DNA of 64,000 nt from Bacillota bacterium (GCA_012521295.1 JAAYMS010000103.1:9942-73941), one strand, 5' to 3'. Counted from the first letter of the stretch, positions 26,727-37,055 are shown. Notes: generated by a model not told the origin, from the letters alone. Program-made: numbers and translations.

Positions 26727-28441
26727 GGTAAGAGCAATGTCACCTCCGTCCCCATTCCTTCTCTGCTTGTGACTTCGAACTTCGCCGTCTCACCGTAGTA
26801 AAGGCGAATGCGCTGAAACACATTGTGAATGCCAATTCGATCCGGTGGGGGCGCCTCACTGCTGAGCAGCTTCCCGAGCTTTTCCAACTGCGCAGACTGC
26901 ATCCCAACGCCATCATCACATACCCTAATCCGCACGAAACCATCGTCCTGTTCGGCAGCAAGTGCGACCACCCCCGGGCCCTCTTTCCCTTCTAACCCGT
27001 GAACAACAGCGTTTTCAACCAGGGGCTGCAGCAGTAACGGCAAGATGGGGAACTCTTCAACTTCTGGCTCAATCTTAAACGTAAACTGCAGCCGGTCTCC
27101 AAAGCGAAATCGCTGAATCTGCAGATAACTCTGGACGATGTCGAGTTCCTCCCTAAGAGGTACGGGTGAAGGCCCTAACTCCAAATTGCGCCGAAGGATC
27201 TTCCCGAGCAGATGAACTATTTCAGCAACTTCATCTGCTCCATTTATCAGGGCACGCATGCGGATGGTTTCTAGCACATTGAATAGAAAGTGAGGGTTGA
27301 TTTGATTGGCAAGCATACGGAACTGAATCTCCCGCTGTCCTATCTCAAGCTGCTCCTTCTGATGATAAAGCAGCTGTATGCTCTGGACCATTTTTGTCAA
27401 GTCCTGCGACAACGTGCTGATCTCGTCGCTGCCTTTCATCAGCAGCGAATGGCCCAGATCTCCTGCCGCCACCCGGTGCGCTCCTTCGCTGAGGCGTTGG
27501 AGCCGGGCGGTCAACACCCGCGACAGAACGAGGATCAGGCCGAACGATAAGAGCAGGCTGATGCCCACAATTAGGAAACCTGATAGATTCACTTCACGTG
27601 TTTTGGCCATGATGTACTCCGAAGGGAACAGAGAAACAATGCGGAGCTTGGATCCGAGTTCTCCTTGAGAAATCTGGTCGACCATTGCATGGTATAAGCG
27701 GCCCCGATAGGAGATGTGATGCGCCTGCTGTCCATTCGCTGCCGTTAGGCCGCCGATAACCTCATCAGCTAACTGGCCCACTAAGCCGCGTTCTGAGGAT
27801 GCGATAATCCTCCCCTCATCGTCCAGCAACATCGTTTCAAAGCTCTCCTGCGCTAGAATGCTGCTGAGGTATTCAGGATTCAGGCTGATTGTAAGCACTC
27901 CTACTGGATTGATACCAGTAATCTGGCGAACCAAAGAGAAATAGCCTTTCTCCAGCTCGGGAAACCATAGATAGCGCCAGCTGATCTTGCCCCTATGCTG
28001 CACAGCCTGCTGATACCATTCGGAGCTGGTTATTTCATCAGTTGCACGCATAATGCGCCAGTTATCCAATAGGGTAGGGTTCGGCGCATAGGTTCTTATC
28101 ATAGCAATCTCGGAACTGATCTCAGGATAGACGTCGAAATCAGTGTAGTCCAGGTACGCACTGACTACATCCCAGGTGGAGCTATAGGTCCTACCCAACA
28201 CCGCCTCTAGTTCTCGGTCCACAAAGAAGCGGGCCGAGAGCACCATAGCCTGCCGCATAGCACCGTTGACATGCCGCTTCACCCGTTCGATGCTGGCCAG
28301 TGCTTCTTGAAGAGCTTGCTCTTCTGCCCGTTCGCGCAGCGTGCGTGTGAGGGTCAGGCCAACTAGTGACACCGGGAGGACCACCACAAGAACAAACGAT
28401 AGAATGAGTTTCTGCCTGAGAGAAAAAGACCGTTTTCTCAT
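26702..28441 (-). CDS. Sensor histidine kinase (YesM-like; two TM helices, HAMP, His-kinase internal region, HATPase)
   Basis: Plausible start MRKRSFSL at 28441 after GAGGAA. HAMP domain. H-box region. C-terminal HATPase with GxGxG-like motifs. Confidence 0.85.
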   Translation of the reverse strand: MRKRSFSLRQKLILSFVLVVVLPVSLVGLTLTRTLRERAEEQALQEALASIERVKRHVNGAMRQAMVLSARFFVDRELEAVLGRTYSSTWDVVSAYLDYTDFDVYPEISSEIAMIRTYAPNPTLLDNWRIMRATDEITSSEWYQQAVQHRGKISWRYLWFPELEKGYFSLVRQITGINPVGVLTISLNPEYLSSILAQESFETMLLDDEGRIIASSERGLVGQLADEVIGGLTAANGQQAHHISYRGRLYHAMVDQISQGELGSKLRIVSLFPSEYIMAKTREVNLSGFLIVGISLLLSFGLILVLSRVLTARLQRLSEGAHRVAAGDLGHSLLMKGSDEISTLSQDLTKMVQSIQLLYHQKEQLEIGQREIQFRMLANQINPHFLFNVLETIRMRALINGADEVAEIVHLLGKILRRNLELGPSPVPLREELDIVQSYLQIQRFRFGDRLQFTFKIEPEVEEFPILPLLLQPLVENAVVHGLEGKEGPGVVALAAEQDDGFVRIRVCDDGVGMQSAQLEKLGKLLSSEAPPPDRIGIHNVFQRIRLYYGETAKFEVTSREGMGTEVTLLLPWTRGSSP

Positions 28442-28507
28442 GCCCATTCCTCGACACTCATCTTTATTTACAGCAATCATTTCAACATTCACTTTATACA
28501 TACCTGC

Positions 28508-28541
28508 AAAAAAAGACCCTGTCAGCATATGCTGACAGGGT
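28508..28541 (-). terminator. Rho-independent terminator after the ispH-rpsA fusion gene
   Basis: Perfect palindrome CCCTGTCAGCAT|ATGCTGACAGGG, followed on the - strand by TTTTTTT. Confidence 0.7.
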
Positions 28542-28557
28542 TCATCGCGTTGCGTGT

Positions 28558-30672
28558 TTATCTGTTCTTAAAGAGATCGCCGACAATATCACCAATAGTG
28601 GTAGTCAGCTCATCGCTAGTTGTCTCTTCCACTACAGGCTGTGCCTGTACCCGTGGTTGAGGCTTTGGCTCCGGTTTGGGCTCAAGCTCTTTAATGCTCA
28701 AACCAATTCGACGAGCATCGGGATCCACACTGATGACTTTCACTTGGACTTTGTCACCAGCAGAGACAACATCTTCAGTCTTAGCCACATGTTTGTGGGA
28801 AAGCTGACTAATGTGTACAAGGCCCTCGACTCCGTCTTCGAGCTTAACGAAGGCACCGAAATCAACGGTGCGTGTTACCTCACCGGTAACAACATCACCA
28901 ACTTTGTATTTAGCGGTAATGTTATCCCACGGATTAGGAAGAGTCTGTTTTAGACCAAGAGAAATTCTCTCTCTATCTTTGTCAACGCCGAGAATCATGA
29001 CCTTAATGTTGTCACCTTCGGACAGAACATCAGAAGGATGATCAACACGGCTGTGGGCCATTTCGGATACATGCAGGAGGCCCTCTACTCCGTTACCGAT
29101 ATCAACAAAAGCACCAAAATCGGTCAAGCGGCGTACAACACCATCAACGATGGCGCCTTCCTGAAGGGTGCTGAATGCCTTTTCTTTGGCTTGCTCGAAG
29201 CGTTCTTCCAGAACTTCCTTATGGGAGAATACCACGTTGTTCTTGGAACGATCCAGCTCGATAATCTTCAGTTCCAGCACTTGCCCTACATATTTCTCGA
29301 GGTCATCCTCATAAGTGCGGGAAACGTGGCTTGCGGGGATAAAGCCGCGCACACCCACATCAACCAAAAGGCCACCCTTAACGGTCTGCATAACCTTAGC
29401 CTTGAGAGTGCCGCCACTTGCGAAGAGATCCTCTAGCTTCTTCCAACTCTGCTCGGCGTCGGCTCTCTTCTTGGAAAGCAGTACTGTGCCTTCAGAATCT
29501 TCAACCTTGAGCACCTTCACATCAATCTCGTCGCCTTCGCTAACAAGGTCAGCAGGATTGACGTTCGGGAGGAAACTCAACTCGTTAAGAGGAATGCGAC
29601 CCTCTGATTTATAGTCAATATCAACCAAGACCTCATCCGGAGAAACCTTTACAACACGGCCTTTGATAATCTCGCCCTGTGTTGGCAGGTTTACGTCAAA
29701 GTCCTCCATTTGGGCCTCTTCAGATGGTGCAGCCGCTGCCTCAACGGCTTTGGTTTCAGCAGTCAGTGTTTCTTCTGCTGCCTCTTCCATTCCTTCAGTT
29801 ACTTGTGTTACTTTTTCGTCTGTGAATTCACTCATTCTCTTAAGTACCCCCTCAATTAACCAATCTGGAGTAGAGGCCCCGGCCGTGACTCCGGCTCTAC
29901 GAACTCCCGCGAACCACTCTCTTCTTAATTCATCAGGTGTCTCAACGTGAATCGTACGAGTCCCCTGCTCCTGACATACTTCCGCCAATCTCTTAGTGTT
30001 GGCGCTATTATGGCCTCCGATCACCACCATCACGTCCACTTGGGCGGCTAATTGTTTTGCAGAAGCCTGCCGCTGTTCGGTCGCGGTGCAGATAGTGTCA
30101 AAGACCTTAATTTCTTGAGCTTTCCCAATCAGGGCACTGACACATGCCTGAAATACTGATTTTGATTGGGTTGTCTGCGCTATAACACCTATGCGTTTTG
30201 CTGTCGGAAGTTCATCAATGGCTTGAGGTGAGTCCACAACGAAAGAATTTCCACTCGCAACATAACCTCTAACAGCTTGGACCTCCGGATGGGATTCATC
30301 CCCAACAATAACAACCTGATAGCCTTCATCATCTAACTGTCTAGCCCAACGCATAGCTCGCTGCACAAACGGACATGTCGCATCAACAACCTCAACATTC
30401 GGCCGCTGCAGTGTCTCCATGACCGCAGGTGATACTCCGTGACTACGAACAATGACTACTCCTGAATCTATCTCCTCAGGTACGTGCTTGACTGTTACAC
30501 CCTTATCTTCAAGCTGCTTGACGACCTGAGGATTATGGATAAGTGGACCGAGGGTATGTATCGGAGCGCCGCCCTGGTTCTGCCCTGACTCGTCGGCAAG
30601 TTTCAGGACCATCTCTAAGGCCCTTTTCACGCCGAAGCAGAACCCCGCGGCATCTGCCAATACTATCTCCAC
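28558..30672 (-). CDS. ispH: Bifunctional 4-hydroxy-3-methylbut-2-enyl diphosphate reductase (IspH/LytB) / ribosomal protein S1-domain protein
   Basis: N-terminal ~290 aa IspH (FCFGVKRA, HNPQV; the conserved cysteines are present). C-terminal four S1 domains (GEIIKGRVVKV..., GAIVDGVVRRLTDFGAFVDI..., GDVVTGEVTRTVDFGAFVKL...). Confidence 0.9.
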   Translation of the reverse strand: MEIVLADAAGFCFGVKRALEMVLKLADESGQNQGGAPIHTLGPLIHNPQVVKQLEDKGVTVKHVPEEIDSGVVIVRSHGVSPAVMETLQRPNVEVVDATCPFVQRAMRWARQLDDEGYQVVIVGDESHPEVQAVRGYVASGNSFVVDSPQAIDELPTAKRIGVIAQTTQSKSVFQACVSALIGKAQEIKVFDTICTATEQRQASAKQLAAQVDVMVVIGGHNSANTKRLAEVCQEQGTRTIHVETPDELRREWFAGVRRAGVTAGASTPDWLIEGVLKRMSEFTDEKVTQVTEGMEEAAEETLTAETKAVEAAAAPSEEAQMEDFDVNLPTQGEIIKGRVVKVSPDEVLVDIDYKSEGRIPLNELSFLPNVNPADLVSEGDEIDVKVLKVEDSEGTVLLSKKRADAEQSWKKLEDLFASGGTLKAKVMQTVKGGLLVDVGVRGFIPASHVSRTYEDDLEKYVGQVLELKIIELDRSKNNVVFSHKEVLEERFEQAKEKAFSTLQEGAIVDGVVRRLTDFGAFVDIGNGVEGLLHVSEMAHSRVDHPSDVLSEGDNIKVMILGVDKDRERISLGLKQTLPNPWDNITAKYKVGDVVTGEVTRTVDFGAFVKLEDGVEGLVHISQLSHKHVAKTEDVVSAGDKVQVKVISVDPDARRIGLSIKELEPKPEPKPQPRVQAQPVVEETTSDELTTTIGDIVGDLFKNR

Positions 30673-30743
30673 CTGTTCCCCTCCCTTATTATACCTTCAA
30701 TTATCAGCCAAATACCCGCCCTGCATCTTTGTATTTCTGCGCC

Positions 30744-31331
30744 TTAGCCCAGATTCCTTCTTAGCAGGTCGGCAATTTGCTTGGAAATAGCCAAACTTAC
30801 CTCATCGATTTCGGTCTTATCTATACGACGCGGGCCTCCTAGGTTGACTGGTTCGCCTACCCGCACCACGATTTTCTTGAACGGGCGGAGTGGCGTTACC
30901 CCAGAGATCCCGACGGGAATGATGGGCACACCTGCCTTGGCTGCTATGTAAACAGCTCCACCTTGAAGAGGCTGCTCTTCACCAGGACGTACGCGAGTAC
31001 CTTCAGGAAAGATTCCAACCAAGTTGCCATCGGTCAGTCGATCGATGGCAGTCCTAATGGCTTCGCGATCGGCCAACCCACGCTTAACAGGGAAGGCATA
31101 GGCGCGACGGAATAGTCTACTTAAGAAACGATTGCGAAACAGCTCTGCCTTACCCATAAAATGAACGGGCCGCTTAACTGCGCACGCTACAGCCACTGGG
31201 TCAAACCAAGTCGTGTGATTAGGCGCAATTACTGCACCGCCTTCTTTGGGGATGTTTTCTAAACCTTCTACATGAAGGCCAAAGACGATGCGAACAATAA
31301 CACGAATAATTGCAACAGCTACCTCATACAT
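30744..31331 (-). CDS. plsC: 1-acyl-sn-glycerol-3-phosphate acyltransferase
   Basis: HxxxxD motif NHTTWFDP and FPEGTR motif. 195 aa. Confidence 0.85.
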   Translation of the reverse strand: MYEVAVAIIRVIVRIVFGLHVEGLENIPKEGGAVIAPNHTTWFDPVAVACAVKRPVHFMGKAELFRNRFLSRLFRRAYAFPVKRGLADREAIRTAIDRLTDGNLVGIFPEGTRVRPGEEQPLQGGAVYIAAKAGVPIIPVGISGVTPLRPFKKIVVRVGEPVNLGGPRRIDKTEIDEVSLAISKQIADLLRRNLG

Positions 31332-32001
31332 CGCTATTCCTCCCCCTGCAGTACAAGAGAATCAGATCGACAACTTCATCAATCGTCAGATTAGTTGCAT
31401 CAATCTCAATGGCATCTACTGCCTTCTTAAGCGGGGAGTTTTCCCTTGTAGAATCAAAGTGGTCTCTCTCTTTGATCTGTTCGATTAATTCTCCAAGGGG
31501 GACGTCATAACCTTTTCTAGCAAGTTCTAGTTGCCGGCGCTGCGCACGCACCTCAACCGAGGCAGAGAGAAAGAACTTATAATCTGCATCTGGCATGACG
31601 ACTGTTCCTATATCGCGTCCGTCCATCACGACGTTGTCGTGTCTCGCCATCTCCTGCTGCATTTCCACGATAGCTTCTCGAACAGCTTTATGGCTTGACA
31701 CTAGAGAGACGTTCTGACTTACCAGCGGCTCCCTAATCCTAGCGGTCACATTAGCGCCTCTGATAAAAATCTGATTACCCCCACGGCCAGGTTCAATGGT
31801 TAAGTTCATCTGCCTGAGAGCATCTACCAACGCAATCTGATCTGTCAGATCGATACCTTTATCCAGAGCTTCCAAAGTTAAAGCGCGATACATCGCGCCT
31901 GTATCAATATATACACAGCCCAGCCTTTCTGCTACAATCCGGGCTACTGTACTCTTCCCTGCTCCCGCAGGTCCATCGATGGCAATCCTCAACAACATCA
32001 C
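31324..32001 (-). CDS. cmk: Cytidylate kinase
   Basis: IAIDGPAGAGKST P-loop. 225 aa. Confidence 0.95.
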   Translation of the reverse strand: MMLLRIAIDGPAGAGKSTVARIVAERLGCVYIDTGAMYRALTLEALDKGIDLTDQIALVDALRQMNLTIEPGRGGNQIFIRGANVTARIREPLVSQNVSLVSSHKAVREAIVEMQQEMARHDNVVMDGRDIGTVVMPDADYKFFLSASVEVRAQRRQLELARKGYDVPLGELIEQIKERDHFDSTRENSPLKKAVDAIEIDATNLTIDEVVDLILLYCRGRNSDV

Positions 32002-33251
32002 CCTTCAACCGTCAAAGCTTGAGCGGCGGCATAGGCCGTGGAGAACGCCGCCTGGAGGTTAAAACCACCTGTAACGCCGTGCACATCGAGTACTTCACCG
32101 GCAAAGTACAATCCCTTCACGAGGCGCGACTCCATAGTCCTAGGATCTACTTCATCGACTGCTACTCCTCCTGCCGTAACAATGGCCGCTGCCAGAGGCA
32201 GCGTACCAGAAACAGTTAGTGGAACCTGCTTGAGCAGATCCCGGAACTGCAGGCGTTCTTCTCTAGAAATCTGATTTACAGGCTTATCAGGTGCAATGCC
32301 GCTCAACTTAATCATGATTGGAATCATCCGTTTGGGCAGCAGTTCGTCGAGCGCGTTCTTAAACTGCTTCCGAGAAAACACTTCGAAGTCTCTCACCAGA
32401 CGACGATCAAGCTGCTCGTGAGTGAGGGCTGGCTTCAGGTCCAGCGAACACTCAACGCGATTAGCGCCCTGGGCAACCCACTGTGCCACCATGTCACTAG
32501 CAGTCAAGACTATCGGGCCAGTGAGCCCAAAATGGGCAAACATCATATCGCCAAACTCGCTGATTGATTCGTCTCCATATGAAAAAGTGAGGCGCACATT
32601 TTTTAAAGTTAGGCCGGCCAGTTCCTTCGGCCATTCTTCTACAACCTTAAGAGGGACCAGTGAAGGCCGAGGTTCGACAATAGTATGGCCGGCCTGAGCA
32701 GCCAAGTGATAGCCGTCCCCTGTGCTGCCTGTTCCTGGGTAACTCTTGCCCCCCGACGCAATCACTACTGCCGCTGCCTCATTAACAATACGGCCTTGAG
32801 GGCCTGAACTAACCACGCCCGCAACCGATCCGTCGCGGATAATCAACTCCTGAACGCGTGTGCCAAATCTAATTCGTGCACCGCTCTGGCGGGCGAAACG
32901 CTCCAAAGCGTTGGCAATCTCATGAGCATCATCAGAGGCAGGGAACACTCGCTGACCGCGCTCTACCTTTAACTCTACACCCAAGCTGCGAAAAAGACTC
33001 ATTACATCTTCGTTGGAGAATCGGTACAGCGCTCCATACAAAAAACGCCCGTTCCCTGGATAGAACTGTGGAAAGTCCTTGATGGGCATGGCATTAGTTA
33101 CGTTACAGCGGCCTTTTCCAGAAATACGCACTTTCTTCGCAGTGCGGTCAGTTTTCTCCAGCACTGTAACCTTCAGCCCACGCTGCGCGGCGAAGCCTGC
33201 GGCTAAGAGGCCGGCAGCACCTGCGCCGACAATAACTATCTCCGCTGCCAC
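31998..33251 (-). CDS. NAD(P)/FAD-dependent oxidoreductase, HI0933/YhiN (aminoacetone oxidase) family
   Basis: N-terminal Rossmann fold IVIVGAGAAGLLAAGFAA...VLEK. GKGRCNVTN motif typical of the family. Confidence 0.8.
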   Translation of the reverse strand: MAAEIVIVGAGAAGLLAAGFAAQRGLKVTVLEKTDRTAKKVRISGKGRCNVTNAMPIKDFPQFYPGNGRFLYGALYRFSNEDVMSLFRSLGVELKVERGQRVFPASDDAHEIANALERFARQSGARIRFGTRVQELIIRDGSVAGVVSSGPQGRIVNEAAAVVIASGGKSYPGTGSTGDGYHLAAQAGHTIVEPRPSLVPLKVVEEWPKELAGLTLKNVRLTFSYGDESISEFGDMMFAHFGLTGPIVLTASDMVAQWVAQGANRVECSLDLKPALTHEQLDRRLVRDFEVFSRKQFKNALDELLPKRMIPIMIKLSGIAPDKPVNQISREERLQFRDLLKQVPLTVSGTLPLAAAIVTAGGVAVDEVDPRTMESRLVKGLYFAGEVLDVHGVTGGFNLQAAFSTAYAAAQALTVEG

Positions 33252-33970
33252 CTTTCGTTCACCGCCTGTTTCAGTTTGCTGACTTCTGCTGTCGTAAGAT
33301 CACGGAATTCGCCAGGTCTTAGCTTACCCAGCTTGATCGGGCCAATGGCAATGCGTACTAGTCGGGTGACCGGAAAACCAACCGCCTCACACATACGCCG
33401 CACCTGTCGATTGCGCCCCTCGGTTATTGCAAGGCGGATCATCGACGAATCACTGTCACTTGTGATCAGCTCAACCCTCGCTGGGGCTGTTTTACCATCC
33501 TCCAACTCAACACCCCGGCGCAGCTGTCTGAGAGCTGTGGGCGTAATCTGCCCCTTCACGGTCGCCAGATATACCTTCTCTAGTTCGTAGCTGGGGTGCA
33601 TGATGCGATTAGCCAGCTTCCCATCGTTAGTGAGTATCAGCAGCCCTTCCGAATCATAATCAAGCCGGCCCACAGGGTACACGCGCTCCTGCACTCCGTT
33701 AACCAAATCCATTACCGTCTTGCGCTTAAACTGGTCCCGTACTGTCGTAACATAGCCAACGGGTTTGTATACGATTATGTACCGTTTCGGCTCTGGACGG
33801 CCGATCGGCCTGCCGTCCACAAGAACTTTATCTCTCGCTGGATTCACAGTCATGCCCAGCGTCGCTGGTTTCCCATTGACTGTCACTCGGCCAGCCCGAA
33901 TGATTTCTTCGCACACACGTCGCGAAGCAAGCCCTGCGTGAGCCATATACTTTTGCAACCGCATCATCAA
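33236..33970 (-). CDS. rluB: rRNA pseudouridine synthase (RluB/RsuA family) with N-terminal S4 domain
   Basis: S4 domain MRLQKYMAHAGLASRR. Catalytic-region motif GRLDYDSEGLLILTNDG. Confidence 0.85.
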   Translation of the reverse strand: MMMRLQKYMAHAGLASRRVCEEIIRAGRVTVNGKPATLGMTVNPARDKVLVDGRPIGRPEPKRYIIVYKPVGYVTTVRDQFKRKTVMDLVNGVQERVYPVGRLDYDSEGLLILTNDGKLANRIMHPSYELEKVYLATVKGQITPTALRQLRRGVELEDGKTAPARVELITSDSDSSMIRLAITEGRNRQVRRMCEAVGFPVTRLVRIAIGPIKLGKLRPGEFRDLTTAEVSKLKQAVNERWQRR

Positions 33971-34077
33971 GAAAATGCCCCCCTGTCATTATCACGATCA
34001 TACCTAACTTCGGAAAGAATGGCAAGAAAAAAGAGGGGCTCCAGGTAAGTGCACCCTCTTTCTTCGGAATGGAATTA

Positions 34078-34482
34078 TCAGACGTTGTACGGTGTCTTCA
34101 GCGTGCTGTTCATGCGGTTTCCTTGGATCAATCCGTGCACTTGATCGACGACTTGTGGTATCATATCTACTAACCTGTCGTAGATTGCAGTATTGTCCAC
34201 CGGCAGCAGGCGTACTGTATCGTGACCCACTACCAAGAACGCTACCGGATTCAAGGCAACCCCAGCACCGCTTCCTCCTCCGAACGGCAGTTCATCTGCG
34301 TCCTTAGCTTGGAACTCACTTCCGCCAGCCGCAAATCCGAAGCTTACCCGGCTGACAGGCACTATTACGCTTCCATCAGGCGTTTCAACAGGATCGCCTA
34401 GAATTGTGTTCACGTCGACCATCATCTTCAGGCTCTCCATCGCTGTCTGCATTAAGCCCTCAATAGGATGAGTTCCTTCCAT
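34078..34482 (-). CDS. ytfJ: Sporulation protein YtfJ (GerW family)
   Basis: 134 aa. VNTILGDPVETPDGSVIVPVSRVSFGFAAGGSEF is highly similar to the Spore_YtfJ family. Confidence 0.75.
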   Translation of the reverse strand: MEGTHPIEGLMQTAMESLKMMVDVNTILGDPVETPDGSVIVPVSRVSFGFAAGGSEFQAKDADELPFGGGSGAGVALNPVAFLVVGHDTVRLLPVDNTAIYDRLVDMIPQVVDQVHGLIQGNRMNSTLKTPYNV

Positions 34483-34486
34483 CGAC

Positions 34487-35101
34487 TCACGTCTCCTTTA
34501 CCTGCATTCGCTGCACCGCTGAGGTGGCAAGACTGCGCATCATGTCACCTATAATTTGACCAAGTCTAAACCTGAATATGCAGTGGAAGCGCAGTTGAAC
34601 ATCTAGCCCATTGTACAGCGGCGTGACGCTTAGGCGAGGGCGGCACTTCAGGCGGCTGCTGGCGGAGAGCACGGAAAGCAGGGGCCCCCATACGGCCCAG
34701 ACACCACCACACAAAGTAGCTGTTACCATGGGATCAGCGAGGCCTAGAGCTATATCAGCCTCGAGACTCAAGATCTCCCGTACAAACAAGCGCATGAAGG
34801 TGGTGAAGCGCGAACTTTGCTTGGTAAGATGCCTGTATAGCTCCCCTATCCGTTCGACGATATCCTGCGGATGACGTGCCTCCTCATCAGGCAGTAGGGC
34901 TCGGATTTCATCTGCAATCGCCCGGCTAACTCTGTTCAATAACGGCAAAAGCGAAACACTGCCCCATAGCGCCACCAAGCGATAATCCAAGTATGACTTC
35001 CTGCCTATCTCTACCTTAACTTCGAAGGTCCAAGGGAGCCACAGGAGTAGAAATACCAGTACAAGCGCAGATATAAAGAAAAGACTGAGCAATGGAATCA
35101 C
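34487..35101 (-). CDS. DUF2953 (YtfI-like) membrane-anchored sporulation-associated protein
   Basis: N-terminal TM helix. Sits directly upstream of ytfJ, as the ytfI-ytfJ pair does in Bacillus. Confidence 0.45.
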   Translation of the reverse strand: MIPLLSLFFISALVLVFLLLWLPWTFEVKVEIGRKSYLDYRLVALWGSVSLLPLLNRVSRAIADEIRALLPDEEARHPQDIVERIGELYRHLTKQSSRFTTFMRLFVREILSLEADIALGLADPMVTATLCGGVWAVWGPLLSVLSASSRLKCRPRLSVTPLYNGLDVQLRFHCIFRFRLGQIIGDMMRSLATSAVQRMQVKET

Positions 35102-35113
35102 CCCAACTCAGTC

Positions 35114-35620
35114 TTAGGATATGCTTAAAGGAGGCAAGTCATCCAGACTTTTCAAGCCGAAATGGACAAGGAACTTCTCTGTCACGCCGTACAAGATTGG
35201 CCTTCCTGGCGCATCTTTCCGCCCCAGCTCACAGATGAGGCCTCGTTCCAGTAGATTGTTCACCGCACTGTCAGAACGCACACCGCGAATATCCTCGATT
35301 TCAGCCTTGGTAACAGGCTGGCGATAGGCAATGATGGCTAGCGTCTCTGTGCTGGCCTGAGAAAGAGGAGCATGAACCACAGGCCTGCCTAGTTTTTCAA
35401 TCCACGGTGCGATTTCAGGCTTAGTGACGAGTTGATAACCGCCTCCTACTTCCCTAATCATCAGGCCACCGTGCTCATGCCGCTTTTGGATACGTTCTAC
35501 CAATCCTGGAATGCTGACTGGCTCTAGTTCCAACAGCTCAGCTAACCTTTGTGCACTTAATGGTTCATCCGACGCAAAGATCAACGCTTCAATTATTTGC
35601 TCTGCTTCCTGCAGGGTCAT
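35114..35620 (-). CDS. scpB: Segregation and condensation protein B
   Basis: EALIFASDEPLS winged-helix N-terminus. 168 aa. Confidence 0.9.
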   Translation of the reverse strand: MTLQEAEQIIEALIFASDEPLSAQRLAELLELEPVSIPGLVERIQKRHEHGGLMIREVGGGYQLVTKPEIAPWIEKLGRPVVHAPLSQASTETLAIIAYRQPVTKAEIEDIRGVRSDSAVNNLLERGLICELGRKDAPGRPILYGVTEKFLVHFGLKSLDDLPPLSIS

Positions 35621-36368
35621 AACTCAGCCTCCCCAAATCATGCTGCGGAACGATCTCTATATATCCAAAGATGGACGACTGCCGCACCCTGATCTCGCGC
35701 AGCCGGACTAATTCTAGAACAGCTAAGAACGTGACAACCACCTCTTGCCTAGAACTCCGGGAAAGCAGCTCATCGAAGCCGATGCGGCTGCGACCTACCA
35801 GCTGCACCCGAATGTCTGCAAGTCTTTCTGCCACCGAGATACGCTGCACCACGGTGTGATAAGGCGGCTCAGCAGATAAATCCTCCAAAAGCTGCCTATA
35901 CTGGAGTGCCAAATCGTCCACAGTCAAGTCTCCGACGAGATTGGTGAAAATGGGAGCTTTTGCAGTCTTGTGGATAGGTACTCCCCGAGTGAAGAAACCT
36001 GTAGTGCCTTGGTAACGTTCAGTCAGCAGGGCAGCTACTTCCTTGAAAGCCTTATACCGCAGCAACTGCTCGACTAACTGCTCCCGGGGATCTGCATCTT
36101 CCTCTTCGGGCTCCTCTTGTTCGGCCTCATCAGGCGGCAGAAGCATCTTGGCTTTAATGCGAAGCAGAGTGGCCGCCATCACCAAGAATTCTCCACCGAT
36201 AGCCAGATCCTGCTCCTGCATGGAATAGAGGTACTCGAGATACTGCTGCGTCACGACCGCGATGGGTATGTCCAAAATATCGATTTCGTTCTGCTCAATC
36301 AAATCGAGCAGAAGATCAAAAGGCCCTTCATAGGCCTCTACCTTCACTACATACTCCATCATCGTCAC
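35589..36368 (-). CDS. scpA: Segregation and condensation protein A
   Basis: FEGPFDLLLDLIEQNEIDILDIPIA motif. 259 aa. Confidence 0.9.
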   Translation of the reverse strand: MTMMEYVVKVEAYEGPFDLLLDLIEQNEIDILDIPIAVVTQQYLEYLYSMQEQDLAIGGEFLVMAATLLRIKAKMLLPPDEAEQEEPEEEDADPREQLVEQLLRYKAFKEVAALLTERYQGTTGFFTRGVPIHKTAKAPIFTNLVGDLTVDDLALQYRQLLEDLSAEPPYHTVVQRISVAERLADIRVQLVGRSRIGFDELLSRSSRQEVVVTFLAVLELVRLREIRVRQSSIFGYIEIVPQHDLGRLSYDPAGSRANN

Positions 36369-37055
36369 CTAAATCGATAGAAGTGAAATCAACCGCAACA
36401 GCGTTATGGAAATCGGCCTGAGAATAGTCTGCGCAACGCCAGTCCACAAGAGAAGCATTAACACAAAAGGCCCGTACTGGGCATAACGTAGATAATTGTA
36501 CTCCCACCGTGGTGGCAGAAGACTGGACACAATCTTCGAACCGTCTAAAGGCGGCAGGGGCAGGAGGTTAAAAGCTGCTAATCCTAGGTTGTATGCCACA
36601 TTTAGCTCCAAGAACAGGCGTGTTGTCAGATGGAGACTCCAAGTCGGCATCCACCGAGGTACTACTTGAGCTAGATTGTAGAACAGCCAAGCCATGAGGA
36701 AATTCGACAACGGACCGGCGATGGAGACAATCAGCGTTCCTCTTTTCCGATCCTTGAAATATACAGGATTAATGGGTACAGGCCGCGCCCATCCAAAACG
36801 AAAGACTAACAGCATAATAGCACCAATGGGATCGAGATGGGCCAGTGGATTTAGAGTCAAACGCCCTTGGTGTTTTGCCGTGGGATCGCCAAGACGATAC
36901 GCGGCATAGCCGTGAGCGAATTCGTGTACCGAAATAGCGAGAAGTAATGCTGGGATTCCTAAGAGTAATTGCTCAAAATTGAGCATGTGCCGCAGCTCCC
37001 TTCGAAGTGCTCTTACTTCATAAATCATACCATACAGAGGGTGTCGGTACAACAA
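36369..37055 (-). CDS. Site-2 protease family (M50) intramembrane metalloprotease
   Basis: HEFAHGYAAYRLGD (HExxH) in TM1. 228 aa polytopic membrane protein. Confidence 0.8.
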   Translation of the reverse strand: MLYRHPLYGMIYEVRALRRELRHMLNFEQLLLGIPALLLAISVHEFAHGYAAYRLGDPTAKHQGRLTLNPLAHLDPIGAIMLLVFRFGWARPVPINPVYFKDRKRGTLIVSIAGPLSNFLMAWLFYNLAQVVPRWMPTWSLHLTTRLFLELNVAYNLGLAAFNLLPLPPLDGSKIVSSLLPPRWEYNYLRYAQYGPFVLMLLLWTGVAQTILRPISITLLRLISLLSI

